DNA of 64,000 nucleotides from Lophium mytilinum (Eukaryota): assembly GCA_010093605.1 (NCBI GenBank), contig MU004183.1, positions 186,001 through 250,000 on the forward strand. The letters are read 5' to 3'. The position numbers and the translations under genes were made by a program. This document shows positions 23,477 through 35,725 of the stretch, in pieces (position 1 is the first letter of the stretch; every line of letters starts with the position of its first letter). Under the pieces are notes generated by a model. That model saw only the letters and a list, made by a program, of their open reading frames with translations. It made no database searches and had not been told where the DNA came from.

Positions 23477-24648
23477 GCCGTTATTCTGGATGACTGAGAT
23501 GCAGCGTCTCACTAATACCTTACTCACGTCCGTTTGGCACTGCTTGAAGTGCTCCCATAGGCTTTCAGAATCCAAGGTGGAACATAAAGTTTGTGACCTT
23601 GCGATTTGGGCACCGTTTTGACTGGGTGGCGGCTTGACAGCTGGGGTCCTCCTGACGGTGGTATACCGTTATCAAGACTGGCATTGGAGCAGCTCCATAT
23701 TCACACTTCTATCGGTAATAAGACCAGAAATTGCCGCGTCGTATCTTCTGTAATTAGAATTGTCAAGAGTTCTATTCACCATTGCGCCCACCAGGCCCTT
23801 CAAATCACGTACCCTCCACGTGCCCAAATCGCTTAGACCCTTCTCGAGGAGGTATAAAAGCGTCCAAAGGTCCATCCTCCAACCTTCAGAGCTCGAGTTG
23901 CTTCCTTGGCTATGTTCAAACATCTGAGGCAGCGGCGTTGATTGTATGAACAATGCCGCACAGACAGCCCTATGGAAGTGTGGAAAGCTGGAGGTGCAAA
24001 TAGGATGATGCCAGCGACGAATGGATCGAGAGGGTCTTTGCGCGCTATTAGTGGTAATGAAGATTATTGTCAGATGTGAAGATGATGATTACTTGCAAGT
24101 TTTGGTAACAATAGTAGGCGAGTTTGCTCGGTCCAGCACGGCATCCATACTTGTGAAACATAGAGCGCATCATCATGCAGAATAATGAACACACTTTCAC
24201 ACTACTACTCCATTATGCAGAGCTGTAGGACATTGAACCTCCACCTTCTACTCCATGTGGAAGGAGGCCGGTCGATGTTCAATGTTCCACTCCATTCCAA
24301 TCTATTCACACCCCTTCTACCACTACTGACCGCTCAATAGTTGGTGGACTGCAGCATTGAGACCAAGACTTTTAAGAGGCATAAATAGTTGAAGAAATGT
24401 TATCATCACGTGCAAGAAGTGTTAAAACGTGACTATAATGTGTACACATGTAATGCTAAAAGAAGTAGCTGACCGTGATACCACGTGCAGGATCCAGTCC
24501 CCCTTGTTACTCTTTGTATTATACTTGTGGATATTGTATCGAATATCTCGGGGTATCTCATCAAGTTCGTTCAACTCCCACAAAGAAAGTCCAAACTGCA
24601 AAAACACGCGCTGAACAGTTACGGGCCCTGAGCTAGTTTTCAGAATTG

Positions 24649-27383
24649 TCAAGTATCTTGATCTTCAATGCCTTCCAATCTTGTTTGGATGACCTCGGGA
24701 TCTGTGACACCCTTAGCGTCTGTGAAGCGTCGCAGAACCTCTTCCCTCATCAACCTTCGCGGTGCTCTTCGTGCAGTGAAGAGCTCAAATTGCGCAAAGC
24801 CTTGCTCAGGGAGAAGGTCAAGGCCATCCATGCAAACCCAGCCCTTGTGAGATTCCGCCCGAAATTGCTGAAGAAGCGGTGTATGGAGGGTTTTGTAAGC
24901 AATTTCGACGAGGACACCCCCAGTCGGGCTTCTAATCCACTGAGAAGGAAGAGTGAAGTTCGGGGCTGGGCTGTCTCCGAGGCGATGAGTGGGTATGCAT
25001 GATACAACGATTGTTGGGTAGCGGAGGTCTTCAGGCCAGGACTCCTCCCGAGACTTGATTATGCGGAAGAGTGGCCTTGTGTCCGGTGACTTGGAGGATG
25101 GCAACAATCCAGCGTCTGAGCTAGACACAAGCCGATTAAAGTGAGTTACCAAGTTTTCTGCGTTGGCTACGGTCCGGTTGAAGATGACGATGTTTTTGAC
25201 TCCAAGGTGCAGCATAGCATAGGCGGCGGCTCTGCCCATCCCGCCGGCACCAATAATGAGGGCGGTCGTCCTTGGCCTTACGGCATTTGCGGGAGAAAGG
25301 CCTCGTCGAATACACGATCGGATGCCGATCCAGTCAGTATTGTCACCGTATAATGCTTTGACGGGCCCTGCTCGACACCGCTCGTTAAAAAGGCTCAACT
25401 CGTCCGGAATGCTGCCGTCTGGATTGAGATTCCGCACTGGTATGAGGGTATTGACTGCGCCTATCGCTCTTGCATGTCGACTTAGGGAGTGGGTCAATGA
25501 GATGACCTCAATCTTGAACGGCAAACTGACAGAAGCACCCCCGAAGTTGGGATCGTTTACTAGTGCCTTCAAGCTATTGAGAGACGGAGTCTGGTGGGTT
25601 TGGTAGTGATGGGGTAGGCCGTATCTCTGAAAGGCTGCGTTGTGCATGGCAGGCGATAAACTGTAGCCAGCACTTGCACCAATGATGTAAATTTGCATCG
25701 GGTCAAAGACGAACGATGCGTAGAGCGCCCGAGTAGAGTCTTGCGCCGTGATGTGAGGCCCGCAAAGAGTCGGAGACGATAGATGGTCTTTCGATGAATG
25801 CTGCAAAGCTTCATGCGTAACGTTAGTGAATACTTCATTGAAACAGATCGATACACGACCAAGATGCCCAGTATTGTAGGCGATCAGAGGAATGGCCGGT
25901 TCAGCAAGTGCTCTGCATTTCTGTTTCAAGATGCGAATTGAGAAATTGTCATCCAACGACCGCGCTGGGCGCGTAAATCGTACAAGGTCACAACCAAGTC
26001 TCCTGGCTCTTTCGTAGCTGTCGGTCCAGAAAGAGTCCGACCACTCCGGTGCTTCGTAATTGGATGTGTTTAGGTGACCAATCATCTTTGTTGAGCCCTT
26101 GGTGCTTAATATCTGGAGGATCACTTCGTCATCTAGCAATAAACTGATCGTACAAAACTCGGGGGCGAGCCGCAAACCGTGTCGCAAGTGTTCTAGGTAT
26201 GTCGACCGATGGCTCGCAGAAAGTTCCGAGTCTGCATGGACGTGAAAGATGATTGGAATAATCACTGTCCTCCTAACAATCGATATGGTGCGGCTGATCT
26301 GATCTGCTCTTGCAGGTGTAAGCTCCTGCGCCGACGAAGAAGCCATCATCGACAAAGAAGTTTTTTGGAGATCATCGATCACAATTTCAAACGCATCAGA
26401 CCCAATCTCCAGATCCTCAATGTCCAAGTCATCAGCTGTAAGTTTGGAGAAAGGCACTGCAATGGCGCAAGTAAACCGTCTGAGCTCTGTTGGCACCAGA
26501 GACAGTGGATAAGCTGGTTCTAGCGAAGGCACTTTCCCCCTCGCTATGATTAATGCGACGAACTTCAGGAAATGTCGTTCTGCGCGTTTTAAAGCCAGAA
26601 AAGGAGGCGTGGCCTTTTGAGCGTACACCACGTCTCCAGAAGATTCTCTTGAAGGCATCCCTTGCTCGGAGTGATTTGATGGAGTTTCGGAGAAATTGTA
26701 GAATTCGTAATTAGAACACCCTCGAAATATAGGCCCGCTGATGGCGAGTAGACCAGTGAGCTTGCTTTCTTCCCGAATCTTGAGATAAGCGTGTATGCTC
26801 TTAGGGTCTCGGACTACGTGGACTATCGGATGTGTGGAGGCGTAGTCCCGTAAGAGACTTTGTCCGCTGCGTTCCATCGAGCCTGCATTGCAAACGATGA
26901 TACAGTCCCGACCATAAGTGTCCAGAACGGATCTGAGGACCTCTTCTTGGCGGCAGTTGTGTTCAAAGGCCCCATATAGTTTCCGGTGGGCTGCACTGGA
27001 ATGCCCAGTCGTTTCCTGGAAGAACTTGTCCACATCGACTACACGCCTCTGAAATGCTGCAGATGCTATGATTGCCAGTGTAGATTTCCCAGTTCCACGA
27101 ACTCCGACGAGTACTAGGGAAGCATCTGGTTCGAATGACCTCGACAGGTCGATGGCCACTAGGGGCGGTGTAGGAGTGGAAGGAGCGCTTGAAGATCGAG
27201 AGTCTGGAGCTGTTAGCGTTTCGGCTCTTCAAAATGTAGAGAACGCAGCATACAAGGTTCCTCTGTTCGGGACGTCAGGTTGTTGGGATTCCGGCGGAAT
27301 AGAGAATATGGTGTCTCTTGAGAAGGCTGCATCCCCTCCATGACCGCAAAGGGCCTCTTCGTCCCAACTACGGCGGCCGCCAT
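24649..27383 (-). CDS. qutR: Quinate repressor (shikimate kinase-like, type I DHQase-like and shikimate DH-like domains)
   Basis: Exons 27383-27254 and 27209-24649. P-loop GVRGTGKST; SLSPAMHN, GAVNT, DNTDWIG, IGAGGMGRA and GLDLLPEQG motifs. Homologous to the C-terminal three AROM domains; divergent from a Zn2Cys6 gene. Confidence 0.93.
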
Positions 27384-27705
27384 CGCGGAAGAGTCCGCAA
27401 AGAGGGAGGAGTTGTTACTTTCTATCCAGGCAAGCACAACAATATCGCGGCGTCGGCACTCTTTCTGCGTAGAGCCGGACGAGTTTTAAGTGTGTAGGGT
27501 CTAAGGAACAATTTCCCTGCTTCAGTCGCGATGCTTGAGAAATTAATGGTGAAAGACGACGAATCCGGTTCAAGCAGTCAATCGGGCTGGAGTATACGTG
27601 GGGGTGTCGAAGTATCAAAGTACCTGAGGCTTAAGATCCCCATAGTCCGATCAATTGTGGAGATGTGGGAACATGCCACGGCCAGAAGATTTCGGGAAGA
27701 GTGAT

Positions 27706-27721
27706 GGATGAATGTTCTTCC
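27706..27721. promoter_or_regulatory. Candidate QutA-binding 16-bp dyad (qutR/qutA)
   Basis: GGATGAATGTTCTTCC. One mismatch to the cluster consensus GGnARAnnnnTYTnCC; resembles the 16-bp qa-1F/QutA sites. Confidence 0.55.
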
Positions 27722-28328
27722 CAAGGACTTAATCGTCTTTAGGGCTAGCGTGGAATCACGTGGCCTCGAGCTTCCCCAGATTTGGTTCTCCGCTTCCCCA
27801 ACATGCATCATCAAGCGAACTCTATCAGGCGTTTGAACTACTGGCCTTGTTATCGACCGACCTCTTATTACGCCTTGAATGGGCGCACTTGATTATTTTT
27901 AGACCATTCATCATCCTCGCCGTTGCTCTTAGCATTGGCGATGCTATTGCCCCCGTCCTAGAAGCATCTGTCAGCTGTCTTTTTGCACTCATATATCGTT
28001 AATTTGGGTTACACGAACTATTTTCATATTCTCCAAGTCTGCGAATATACCGAGATATCATTTCTTCTCGATTTTTCCCTTTGGGATGATACAATGATGT
28101 AAGCACTCGATGAAGGATATTCAACCATCCAAATCTTGTTTCAAACAAGACTCACCAACCGTCTAGATATCTGAAATTAGAGTAGTATCGACGCACTTTG
28201 AACAGCAGCACACAAGTGCTCGACCGCATGGATTCCGAGAACTTTGTCGCATAGAACACGCCCCCGTCCATTGAGACTACCCGACTCGTTCTCGGAGGAC
28301 CACCCGGCCTGGAATTAGGGAATTAAGC

Positions 28329-30752
28329 ATGCGTGGAAACGGAAATGATGGGGCGCAAACGAAGCGTAAGGCGGCCAACTCTACCTCCAAAGTTATCGAC
28401 GAAGGCAACGAAAAGGCCCCTGTCAAGAGGCAGCGTGTTTCACGGGCATGCGATCAATGTCGTGCGGCCCGGGAAAAATGCGACGGTATTCAACCTGTGT
28501 GCTTTACTTGTGCCTCTTCCAATCGAGACTGCTCCTATACTACAAATCCTAAGAAGCGTGGAATACAACCTGGATATATTAGAACGTTGGAGCTTGCCCT
28601 CGCCTGGGTCTTCAGCAACGTCGCCGGGAGCGAGGCCGCCTTGAGTACTATGCTCACTGCAGATAACGGCCATGGATCCTCTCTTCTTGTGGGAAAAGAT
28701 ACAGTGGATTCTGATAAGCTACATAAGAGATGGCGACGAAGCACTGTGTGTAAAGAAGTTGAAAGACTTCTGTCTGGGTCGGATAACATTGATAACGACA
28801 GGCTCTCCCCCGAAACACCAGAGCCGGAATCTGGGGTTTTCAACGTCCCTCAAACACAAGCAGGGGCTACCAAAATATCAACTCCCCAAAGTCCGATCCA
28901 CCCTCGTAACCAATCTTCCAGGCCTGACGCCATCATGCCAATTCTTAGCCATCCATCAAGCTCCCTAGTCCAACGCTGGGAGCAAGAATCTTCACAGCCG
29001 TATCGTCAGTTTGGTGTGCTTTCAGAGGGGCCTGCGAAAAGCAAGCTAGTGCTACCAGCGAACATTTGGCACCTGTTCGACATATATTTTGCCTATACTC
29101 ACTCTTGGCTCCCCATCTCTGAGAAGCATGATCTGCTCAAGCTTTCTTACTCCTATCCGGAAGATGGACTTGAGATAAGCCCAACATCCCCTGGCTCTGG
29201 AGAACATGCGGAGCTTTGGAGTGTGCTGACTTTAGCTTCGATTCAGGAAGCTTCTACACTAAACGATTCGGCGTCACAGACGGCCTCTTCGAGGCGATCG
29301 TCAGAAGAGCTTTACAACACTACCAGGATCCTCATACCGAACGAAGATGGAACGTTCGAGTTGGGACACGTCAAAGCGCTCATTCTACTTTCTCTAGTAA
29401 ACCTTGGCCAAGACAAGGTCGAGATTGCGTGGCTTCAGATAGGCCACGCAAGTCGACTTCTGTTATGTCTAGAAGGAAGAACAGGCTCCCCCAAGGCACA
29501 AGCAAGCCTCAATTCCCGGCTCAAGCACGTCTTCGCAGCTTGTTTTGTGCTTGACACTATCATCTCCGCTCAATTGGGTCAACCCTCTTATCTGGCAGGC
29601 TCAGACATCGCGCGACGTGGACCAGTAGACGAGGAAGGTCTGGAGGAATGGCACCCGTGGGTAGGCTGTGAGGGGTTCGGTGTAAAGAAGGAAGCTTTCG
29701 CACCCTCAACTCGTAGCCCGATGCACAGCCTGAGTGTTTTCAACCAGCTTGTGAAGCTCATAAGCATATTCAACGCTTCTCGACATGCCGAAAATATTTC
29801 GCGATCCTCATCACTAGAGGCCGCGTCACAAATGGAAAGCTGGATTGCAGGGCTACCTAGGACCTGTGCTTTTGTACGAACGGGCACTGTCTCTGCAACC
29901 TCAACACCGCCAATTCTGCTACTCCGTCTTACATATCTATTTGCAGTCAGTGTCAACGACTCCTCATTTGTACGTCCGACCGGTGACTTGGTTAACCTAT
30001 TGGAATATTTCTCTGAGACTGTCGGTGTGGTAGCATTGCCGTCCTTGGTAACAAGTTTCTTGGCCATTCTCATCAATCACCAAGGCTTCGGTGTACTGAA
30101 CACCAATTTCAAGTCCCGAATTCATAACCTCAAGACAGCTTGCATCAAAGCATGGTCTCCATCATCAAGCGACGAACACATTCGGAGTGACGCACTCCCA
30201 AGAGAAAATAGCAATCAGGCCAACCGTGGGATCGCAACGTCACAATCCTCAAATACGACGAACTTCCAATTACCGACTCCGGAATCGATACACGCAACTT
30301 TTCAGCCCGCTGTGATATCGACATCCAAATCTACTAGCGGTCTCGTTAGGTCGAGGCAACAATCAGCATTGTTCCCAGATAACCTGCCGCACATGAGCCC
30401 CCCGTCCTCTGCAAAGGGGCCTAGCTTTGCGGCTCCTCAACACCACCTCAGCAACGTTGACTCATCCCAATTTCACCATGTTTACCAAGAAATCGGTATA
30501 GAGAGCTACAATCCCGCGGCCGCTATGGATCTAGACGCCTTTTTTGATGAGCTTGCATCACTCGATGGTGCGGAGAACCGCGAGAACCAGCCACAATTCA
30601 TGCAGAATCTCGGGTTCGCGCCGGATGCAGACCTGACAGATGTGCTAGCTTCGGATTATGGCCAATTTGATCCACTACTATCCGCGTTCATGAACCCCAG
30701 TGTATTGGGGCACTCGTCAATAGACCAAGGAGGGCCTTTTGATGGGGGATGA
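28329..30752 (+). CDS. qutA: Quinic acid utilisation activator, Zn(II)2Cys6 transcription factor
   Basis: KRQRVSRACDQCRAAREKCDGIQPVCFTCASSNRDC, PKKRGIQPGYIRTLE, fungal TF middle domain (DIYFAYTHSWLPI), acidic tail FFDELASLDG...PQFMQNLGFAP. 807 aa, no introns. Confidence 0.93.
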   Translation: MRGNGNDGAQTKRKAANSTSKVIDEGNEKAPVKRQRVSRACDQCRAAREKCDGIQPVCFTCASSNRDCSYTTNPKKRGIQPGYIRTLELALAWVFSNVAGSEAALSTMLTADNGHGSSLLVGKDTVDSDKLHKRWRRSTVCKEVERLLSGSDNIDNDRLSPETPEPESGVFNVPQTQAGATKISTPQSPIHPRNQSSRPDAIMPILSHPSSSLVQRWEQESSQPYRQFGVLSEGPAKSKLVLPANIWHLFDIYFAYTHSWLPISEKHDLLKLSYSYPEDGLEISPTSPGSGEHAELWSVLTLASIQEASTLNDSASQTASSRRSSEELYNTTRILIPNEDGTFELGHVKALILLSLVNLGQDKVEIAWLQIGHASRLLLCLEGRTGSPKAQASLNSRLKHVFAACFVLDTIISAQLGQPSYLAGSDIARRGPVDEEGLEEWHPWVGCEGFGVKKEAFAPSTRSPMHSLSVFNQLVKLISIFNASRHAENISRSSSLEAASQMESWIAGLPRTCAFVRTGTVSATSTPPILLLRLTYLFAVSVNDSSFVRPTGDLVNLLEYFSETVGVVALPSLVTSFLAILINHQGFGVLNTNFKSRIHNLKTACIKAWSPSSSDEHIRSDALPRENSNQANRGIATSQSSNTTNFQLPTPESIHATFQPAVISTSKSTSGLVRSRQQSALFPDNLPHMSPPSSAKGPSFAAPQHHLSNVDSSQFHHVYQEIGIESYNPAAAMDLDAFFDELASLDGAENRENQPQFMQNLGFAPDADLTDVLASDYGQFDPLLSAFMNPSVLGHSSIDQGGPFDGG

Positions 30753-31242
30753 AATGAATGCGGAGAACGAAAGTATTTGAATCTATCCGCTTAGATACAT
30801 AGGACTTAGCCATGTCCGCAGTGGTTCGCAGGACGCGAGAAACTTACCTCCGGACAAAGTCGAGAATACGCGATGGAAACGCGGCTCAACTCTATCTGAG
30901 TATCTCCCCAATAGCTTCCCATTTCTAGGAAGTCTTGTCTTCCGAAAGATGTCCTGCGACTGAAATGTGCAGAAGTAGCTCTCTATCGCTCGGATTCTCT
31001 TGAAGGATCCATAGACAAGATGGAAGGATCGCCGAAGAGATGAACGGGTTTAAGTAATTATGCCAAGTCGATTTCGAGTATTAGCTCCGAACGCATCGAC
31101 GCAACGGCCGTTGATAACGACTGTATATCTTCGGCCTCATGAAATTCACATCGCCTTCCCAGATATCAAACACACAGTCATCAGCTCCTTCGTGCACATT
31201 TAATATGGTCCTCAGGCAAGGACCCACATGAACAAACTTGGA

Positions 31243-32081
31243 TCAAATATCTACCTTCTCACCCTCAACCCACTGCTTGCACTGCCAGTACAATTGGTCG
31301 TGCTTCTTCCCACACACACTATCGCCTTCCCGCCTATGCCCTGGCATATCTAGCATCACCTTTACGCCCATCGTAAGCTCCTGGCAATACGCCAGATAGC
31401 GATACCCGCTCGGATACGTCGCCAATTTCGCCTCGTCTAGCTTGGGGACTTTATTCGGGTTTATCGGGATCAATTTGTCCTTTTCGTACCAGTGCCTATC
31501 CCCAATCACGTCAGCTACTATATATATTTCGCAGGGAGGGGTTGGCGGTGGGAATGATAGCTCACCGCACAAACATCGCACGCCACTCCCGATCATGCTT
31601 CTCCCAAAAGAAGCAGAACCGACAATCGCTCTCCGCATCAACCTCGCACCCCTCGATCTCAAAGCGCTGAGTAATAGTCGCCTTCATCTTAGTTACTGCC
31701 CGTGTCGCTTCGGTATTGATGTCCGTAGACGACCCGTGGCATCGGTGCATGATGAACGCGCCTTTGTCCATGCCGGCTTTCGACGCCGCGATGAAGTCGA
31801 GGTGGTGGGTGCGCCCTGTCCAGGTCGTGTAGATGTAAGCGGTGGGGTGGAAGATGGAGAGCAGGTTTTCCCATTCGCACGCGTCACTGTATTGAGAGAT
31901 ATATAAGTTTAGGTACCTAGTGATAGTATTATAAGAGAGAGAAAGAGATGTACCGGTACATAGGCCATCCTTCAGCCAGCTCTCTCAGCTTGAAGCGCTC
32001 GAGGGCGAGCTTGTCGGGGCCGTTGTTTCGCACGGCTTTGGTGGGTTGGGAGCCCGCGGGGAGGGTGTGGAGGTCTGGCAT
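31243..32081 (-). CDS. PEP2-like SnoaL/NTF2-fold protein of unknown function, 3 exons
   Basis: Exons 32081-31954, 31886-31566, 31495-31243 give [10 protein letters not shown]...[19 protein letters not shown]...YTTWTG...FIMHRCHG...[10 protein letters not shown]...DCRFCFF...HWYEKDKL...[13 protein letters not shown], which resembles pea-pathogenicity-protein-2-type SnoaL proteins. Confidence 0.75.
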
Positions 32082-32488
32082 TTTGGGATTGTACAGCTAG
32101 CAAAGCGTTGCTCAGGATGAAGGGATCGATGAGAATCCAAGAATTGGAGCTAGGAGGGGCTCCAGGAATGTGTAAGAGTATCTTGGCATGTTTACACAAG
32201 TCTATTTTGGTGTAGTGGAGTTGAGGCGGGATAAACTTTCAGGAGAGCTCAAAGGACGGGTAGAGGGGTAGTGGAGATGTGGGGCACTACTTCCCACTTC
32301 CCCTTCCATGGAACCAATTCCGCTCACTGTGGGACTCTGAGCGACTCCGTTGGTAGTAGGTATGTAAAGATGAAGTGATCAGACAGTGTCGGGGTTACCA
32401 GTAAAACTCAATTGTGGACTCGTGGTCACTTTACAGTCAAACATGCGAGAACTTTACATGCTATAAATTGGTATAACGTGTCATTAGA

Positions 32489-33451
32489 CTACAATTTCGG
32501 CGCTGAACTGTCAAAGTTGATACCAGGATGCGTTTCCACAATCTCTGTCAGATTCCTCCATGCCTCGTCCAGGGGCAGCTTCTCCTTAGGCTGCCCAGCC
32601 CATAGCCGCCACTGCTCCTCAAGCTGGTGCCCTATTATGCCTGTCCCCTCTTCTGTCATCCATCCAGCCGCCTTTCCCAGCTTCAGATGCCGTGTGTTCC
32701 TTGGCTTGAAGCACATATCCAGCAAGACTCCCTTCTCGCCTTCTTTGCGGTTCAGGAACTCCGTCAGCATAGCCCGCGCCTCAAGCTCCTGCGCTGTATG
32801 CGGCTCGAAATCTGGCACCGTACCGACGATGTAGTATGGTGATGGTAGAGCCTTTGCTTGAGCTACAGTTTGTATATGTATGAGCTTCGGTGCCGGTTGG
32901 CCTTCCTTTGCGTACGCGCTGCTATCTTTGAGGAGGGCGGCAACTTCGTCTGCATCGCGGTTGATGATGTATATAGGGCTACAGCCGAGCTCTATGGAGA
33001 GGGCATATACAGCTGCCCGGCTAGCGCCTCCTGCACCAATTATCATGGCGGGTTTGCCTTTCCCTTGACTGCTGGCGCCGAGTAAGCAGCCTTTGATGCC
33101 TCTCCAGTCGGTATTCGTGCCTCGTAGCTTGCCCTTAGGTGTGAGGTAGACGTTGTTACAAGCACCAAGGGTGAGGGCGAGGTCATCGAGTTCGTCGAGG
33201 TGAGGCATTATGGACTGCTTATAGGGCATCGTGACGACGCCGCCGGCGAAGTTAGGGCGTCGGAATATTTTGACAACAGTTTCGACTGTAGGACATTCTT
33301 GGTTGACGAACTCCCATGGCAAATCGAGCGATTTGGCAACGAGGTTGTGAAGAGCGTAGGCAAATGAGTGTGTGACGCCGATACCAGCTAGGTAGAGGTA
33401 TTTGCGGTTATCAGTGGAGGTGGCGAGAGTTGTTTCTACTATTGAAGTCAT
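32489..33451 (-). CDS. Second quinate/shikimate 5-dehydrogenase (AroE/QutB family)
   Basis: GGVVTMPYK, LGACNNV, GTNTDWRGI, IIGAGGASRAA, LDMCFKP motifs. 320 aa, no introns, ends in PKL. Confidence 0.88.
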   Translation of the reverse strand: MTSIVETTLATSTDNRKYLYLAGIGVTHSFAYALHNLVAKSLDLPWEFVNQECPTVETVVKIFRRPNFAGGVVTMPYKQSIMPHLDELDDLALTLGACNNVYLTPKGKLRGTNTDWRGIKGCLLGASSQGKGKPAMIIGAGGASRAAVYALSIELGCSPIYIINRDADEVAALLKDSSAYAKEGQPAPKLIHIQTVAQAKALPSPYYIVGTVPDFEPHTAQELEARAMLTEFLNRKEGEKGVLLDMCFKPRNTRHLKLGKAAGWMTEEGTGIIGHQLEEQWRLWAGQPKEKLPLDEAWRNLTEIVETHPGINFDSSAPKL

Positions 33452-33894
33452 GTTAAAAGACCAAGCTGATTAAGAGACGATAGGATTCGATAAGTTGTGA
33501 GGTATTTGGCAGTTATGCGTAACTAGCAAGCATGGCTGTCTGATTGAATTGTAAGCTAGCATCTTTGGGAAGGCGGATGGAGCGTGAATGGAATAGCATT
33601 TACGCGGATCGTAGGTCGCGTGGGGACGGACGTACCTCGGGGTGGGGCTTCATCATTAATCTGACTGGGTTTCTTCGAACATCAGGCTACTGCAACTCGT
33701 TTATCGGACAGTTGGCATGGTAGAATTGACGATGGAAAAAGGTCAAAGACGGGGGGCTAGCGAGCCTTTCTATGCTTCACTTTTCAAGAAAAACCGCACT
33801 ATTGCGGATCGATACGCGAAATTTGGTTGCCGGAGTGATCCAGAAGCCCATGTATGACGCACTGATTGTATACTTGTGCCCATAAATGAGGTTA

Positions 33895-35006
33895 CTACAG
33901 ATCTTCTGCAATATCGACGGAACCTCCTTGTTTCAGTGCTTTCTTAATCGCCTCGCAGACGACGACAGCTCGGAGTCCGTCTTTTCCCGAGCAACTGGGC
34001 TCCTCCTGCCCTCTGATGACCTTGACGAAATGAGCTACTTGTAGCTCAAAAGGCGCTTTCATCTCCTCTACCTCCACCTTCTTAGAGTCGATAGTCTCTG
34101 TCCAAGATTTCTGTCCAGAAGGGTAGCTCCACAGGTGCATATCCGGCACGCTCAAAGAGGCATTCGTCCCGAAGATCCTGTAAAAGTCCTGGCCGGTATA
34201 TGGGATCGTAGGATTCTCTCCCGTGCCAGCTTCAAAGCTGTATGGCGAAGGTATCGCATCGCTGAGCACGAAGGTACCCACAGCACCACTTGCAAACTTC
34301 AGGATGATAGCAGCCCCTTCTTCTACGGCGTGTTCTCGCTGTTTTGGTGTGGCTTCGGCATGAACCCTGGTGATAGGGCCGAAAAGATGATTGAGAATAT
34401 CAATCTCGTGAATGAGATTGATCAAGATCGGACCCGCAGATTCAAGTCGGCGCCACTCGGTGGGCGGGTCGAAGTATTCTGGCGGTTTGTATGACGTCCA
34501 AAGACCATTCAGGGCTATGATACGGCCGAGAGAGGGTACGAGTTGCTTCGTAGTGATAACATAACGGTTGAAGCGGCGGTGGTGTCCGATGAGGAGGTGC
34601 AAATTACGAGACGCTGCGTAGTCGACCTACCGTGACAAATGTAAGATATCGTATCGGATCCAGCCAGTCAACATACCAGCTCTTTTCCACTCTGGAGATC
34701 AACCGAAATGGGCTTCTCGCACAAGACATGAAGTCCGCCATCTAATAGCTCTTTTGAGACAGCTACATGAGTGTGGTTCGGGGTGCATACGAGGGCAGCG
34801 TCGGGCTTTGACGACGATGCTAGCATTGCTTGGATAGACGAGTAGATGGGACATTTCAATCTCTCGGCAACAGCTCCGGCTGCCGGGCTTGGATCAACGA
34901 TACAACTGAGCTCTGCGTCAGGGTCCGTCAGGACTGCCTCTGCGTGTCTTGGTCCTATCAAACCAGTGCCAATGACGGCAAGCTTGACTTTCGAAGTACC
35001 AGCCAT
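33895..35006 (-). CDS. qutH: Gfo/Idh/MocA-family oxidoreductase, 2 exons
   Basis: Exons 35006-34677 and 34626-33895. IGTGLIG, TPNHTH, HVLCEKP, GHHRRFN, GPILINLIHEID motifs; position within the qut cluster. Confidence 0.85.
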
Positions 35007-35309
35007 TGTGTAGCGAAACCGATAGATGATATATTTGATTCAATGGCAGAAGAAACGACCGTAGCTTGGAAGCTGACGGGAATAGCAAACCGCAGTATAG
35101 ACGCTCATGCTGAGCTGGCAACTCACCAGCCGTCGCTCTCTACGGGGGAACACTCTTGCGGGGACCTCATGCGTTTCCCCATCTTCCACAACTTCTCCAC
35201 ATCTCTAGGACTCACCCAAGACGCTCTGACCCTGTACTGACTCGAAGCTCGGCCAAAGGGGCTGGATCCGGAGTTGTTGTTGGGGTGGAGGAAGCCGAGG
35301 AAGCGAAGT

Positions 35310-35325
35310 GGAAAAAGACTCTCCC
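35310..35325. promoter_or_regulatory. Candidate QutA-binding 16-bp dyad (qutH/qutC)
   Basis: GGAAAAAGACTCTCCC fits GGnARAnnnnTYTnCC. Confidence 0.55.
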
Positions 35326-35725
35326 TGTGGTCAGAGCGTCGCTTGGAACCCAGCCTTCTCTGACGATATCATCTGCCGGAGCTACATCAGACCTCCCTTC
35401 TCTGTGGAGACCAGCGTCCCGCTTCTAACCATCTCCAGACGGTAGGTGAGGGCAAAATGGTAGCTTTCTCGGCGTATCGAGATGACATTTGCTCAGATAT
35501 GCCCCTCCTATCCGCCCAGTAGTCGTTTTTCTTCTTTTCCTGCTTTTGGAATCACAAGAGACATACAATTAGACATACAACACGTGTACCAACCAATCTC
35601 AGACAAGGTATCAGAGCTATAGCCACCACTCTACATATGTTCAATTTATATTCTATATAATATATTCTAACTTCGCACCCATCCATTTCACATACTCCAA
35701 TTCAATCCCTATCACAACCACCACC

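Noticed and set aside
24649..27383. Truncated pentafunctional AROM gene
   Set aside because: It lacks the DHQ synthase and EPSP synthase domains by design; the architecture and divergent pairing with qutA identify it as QutR.
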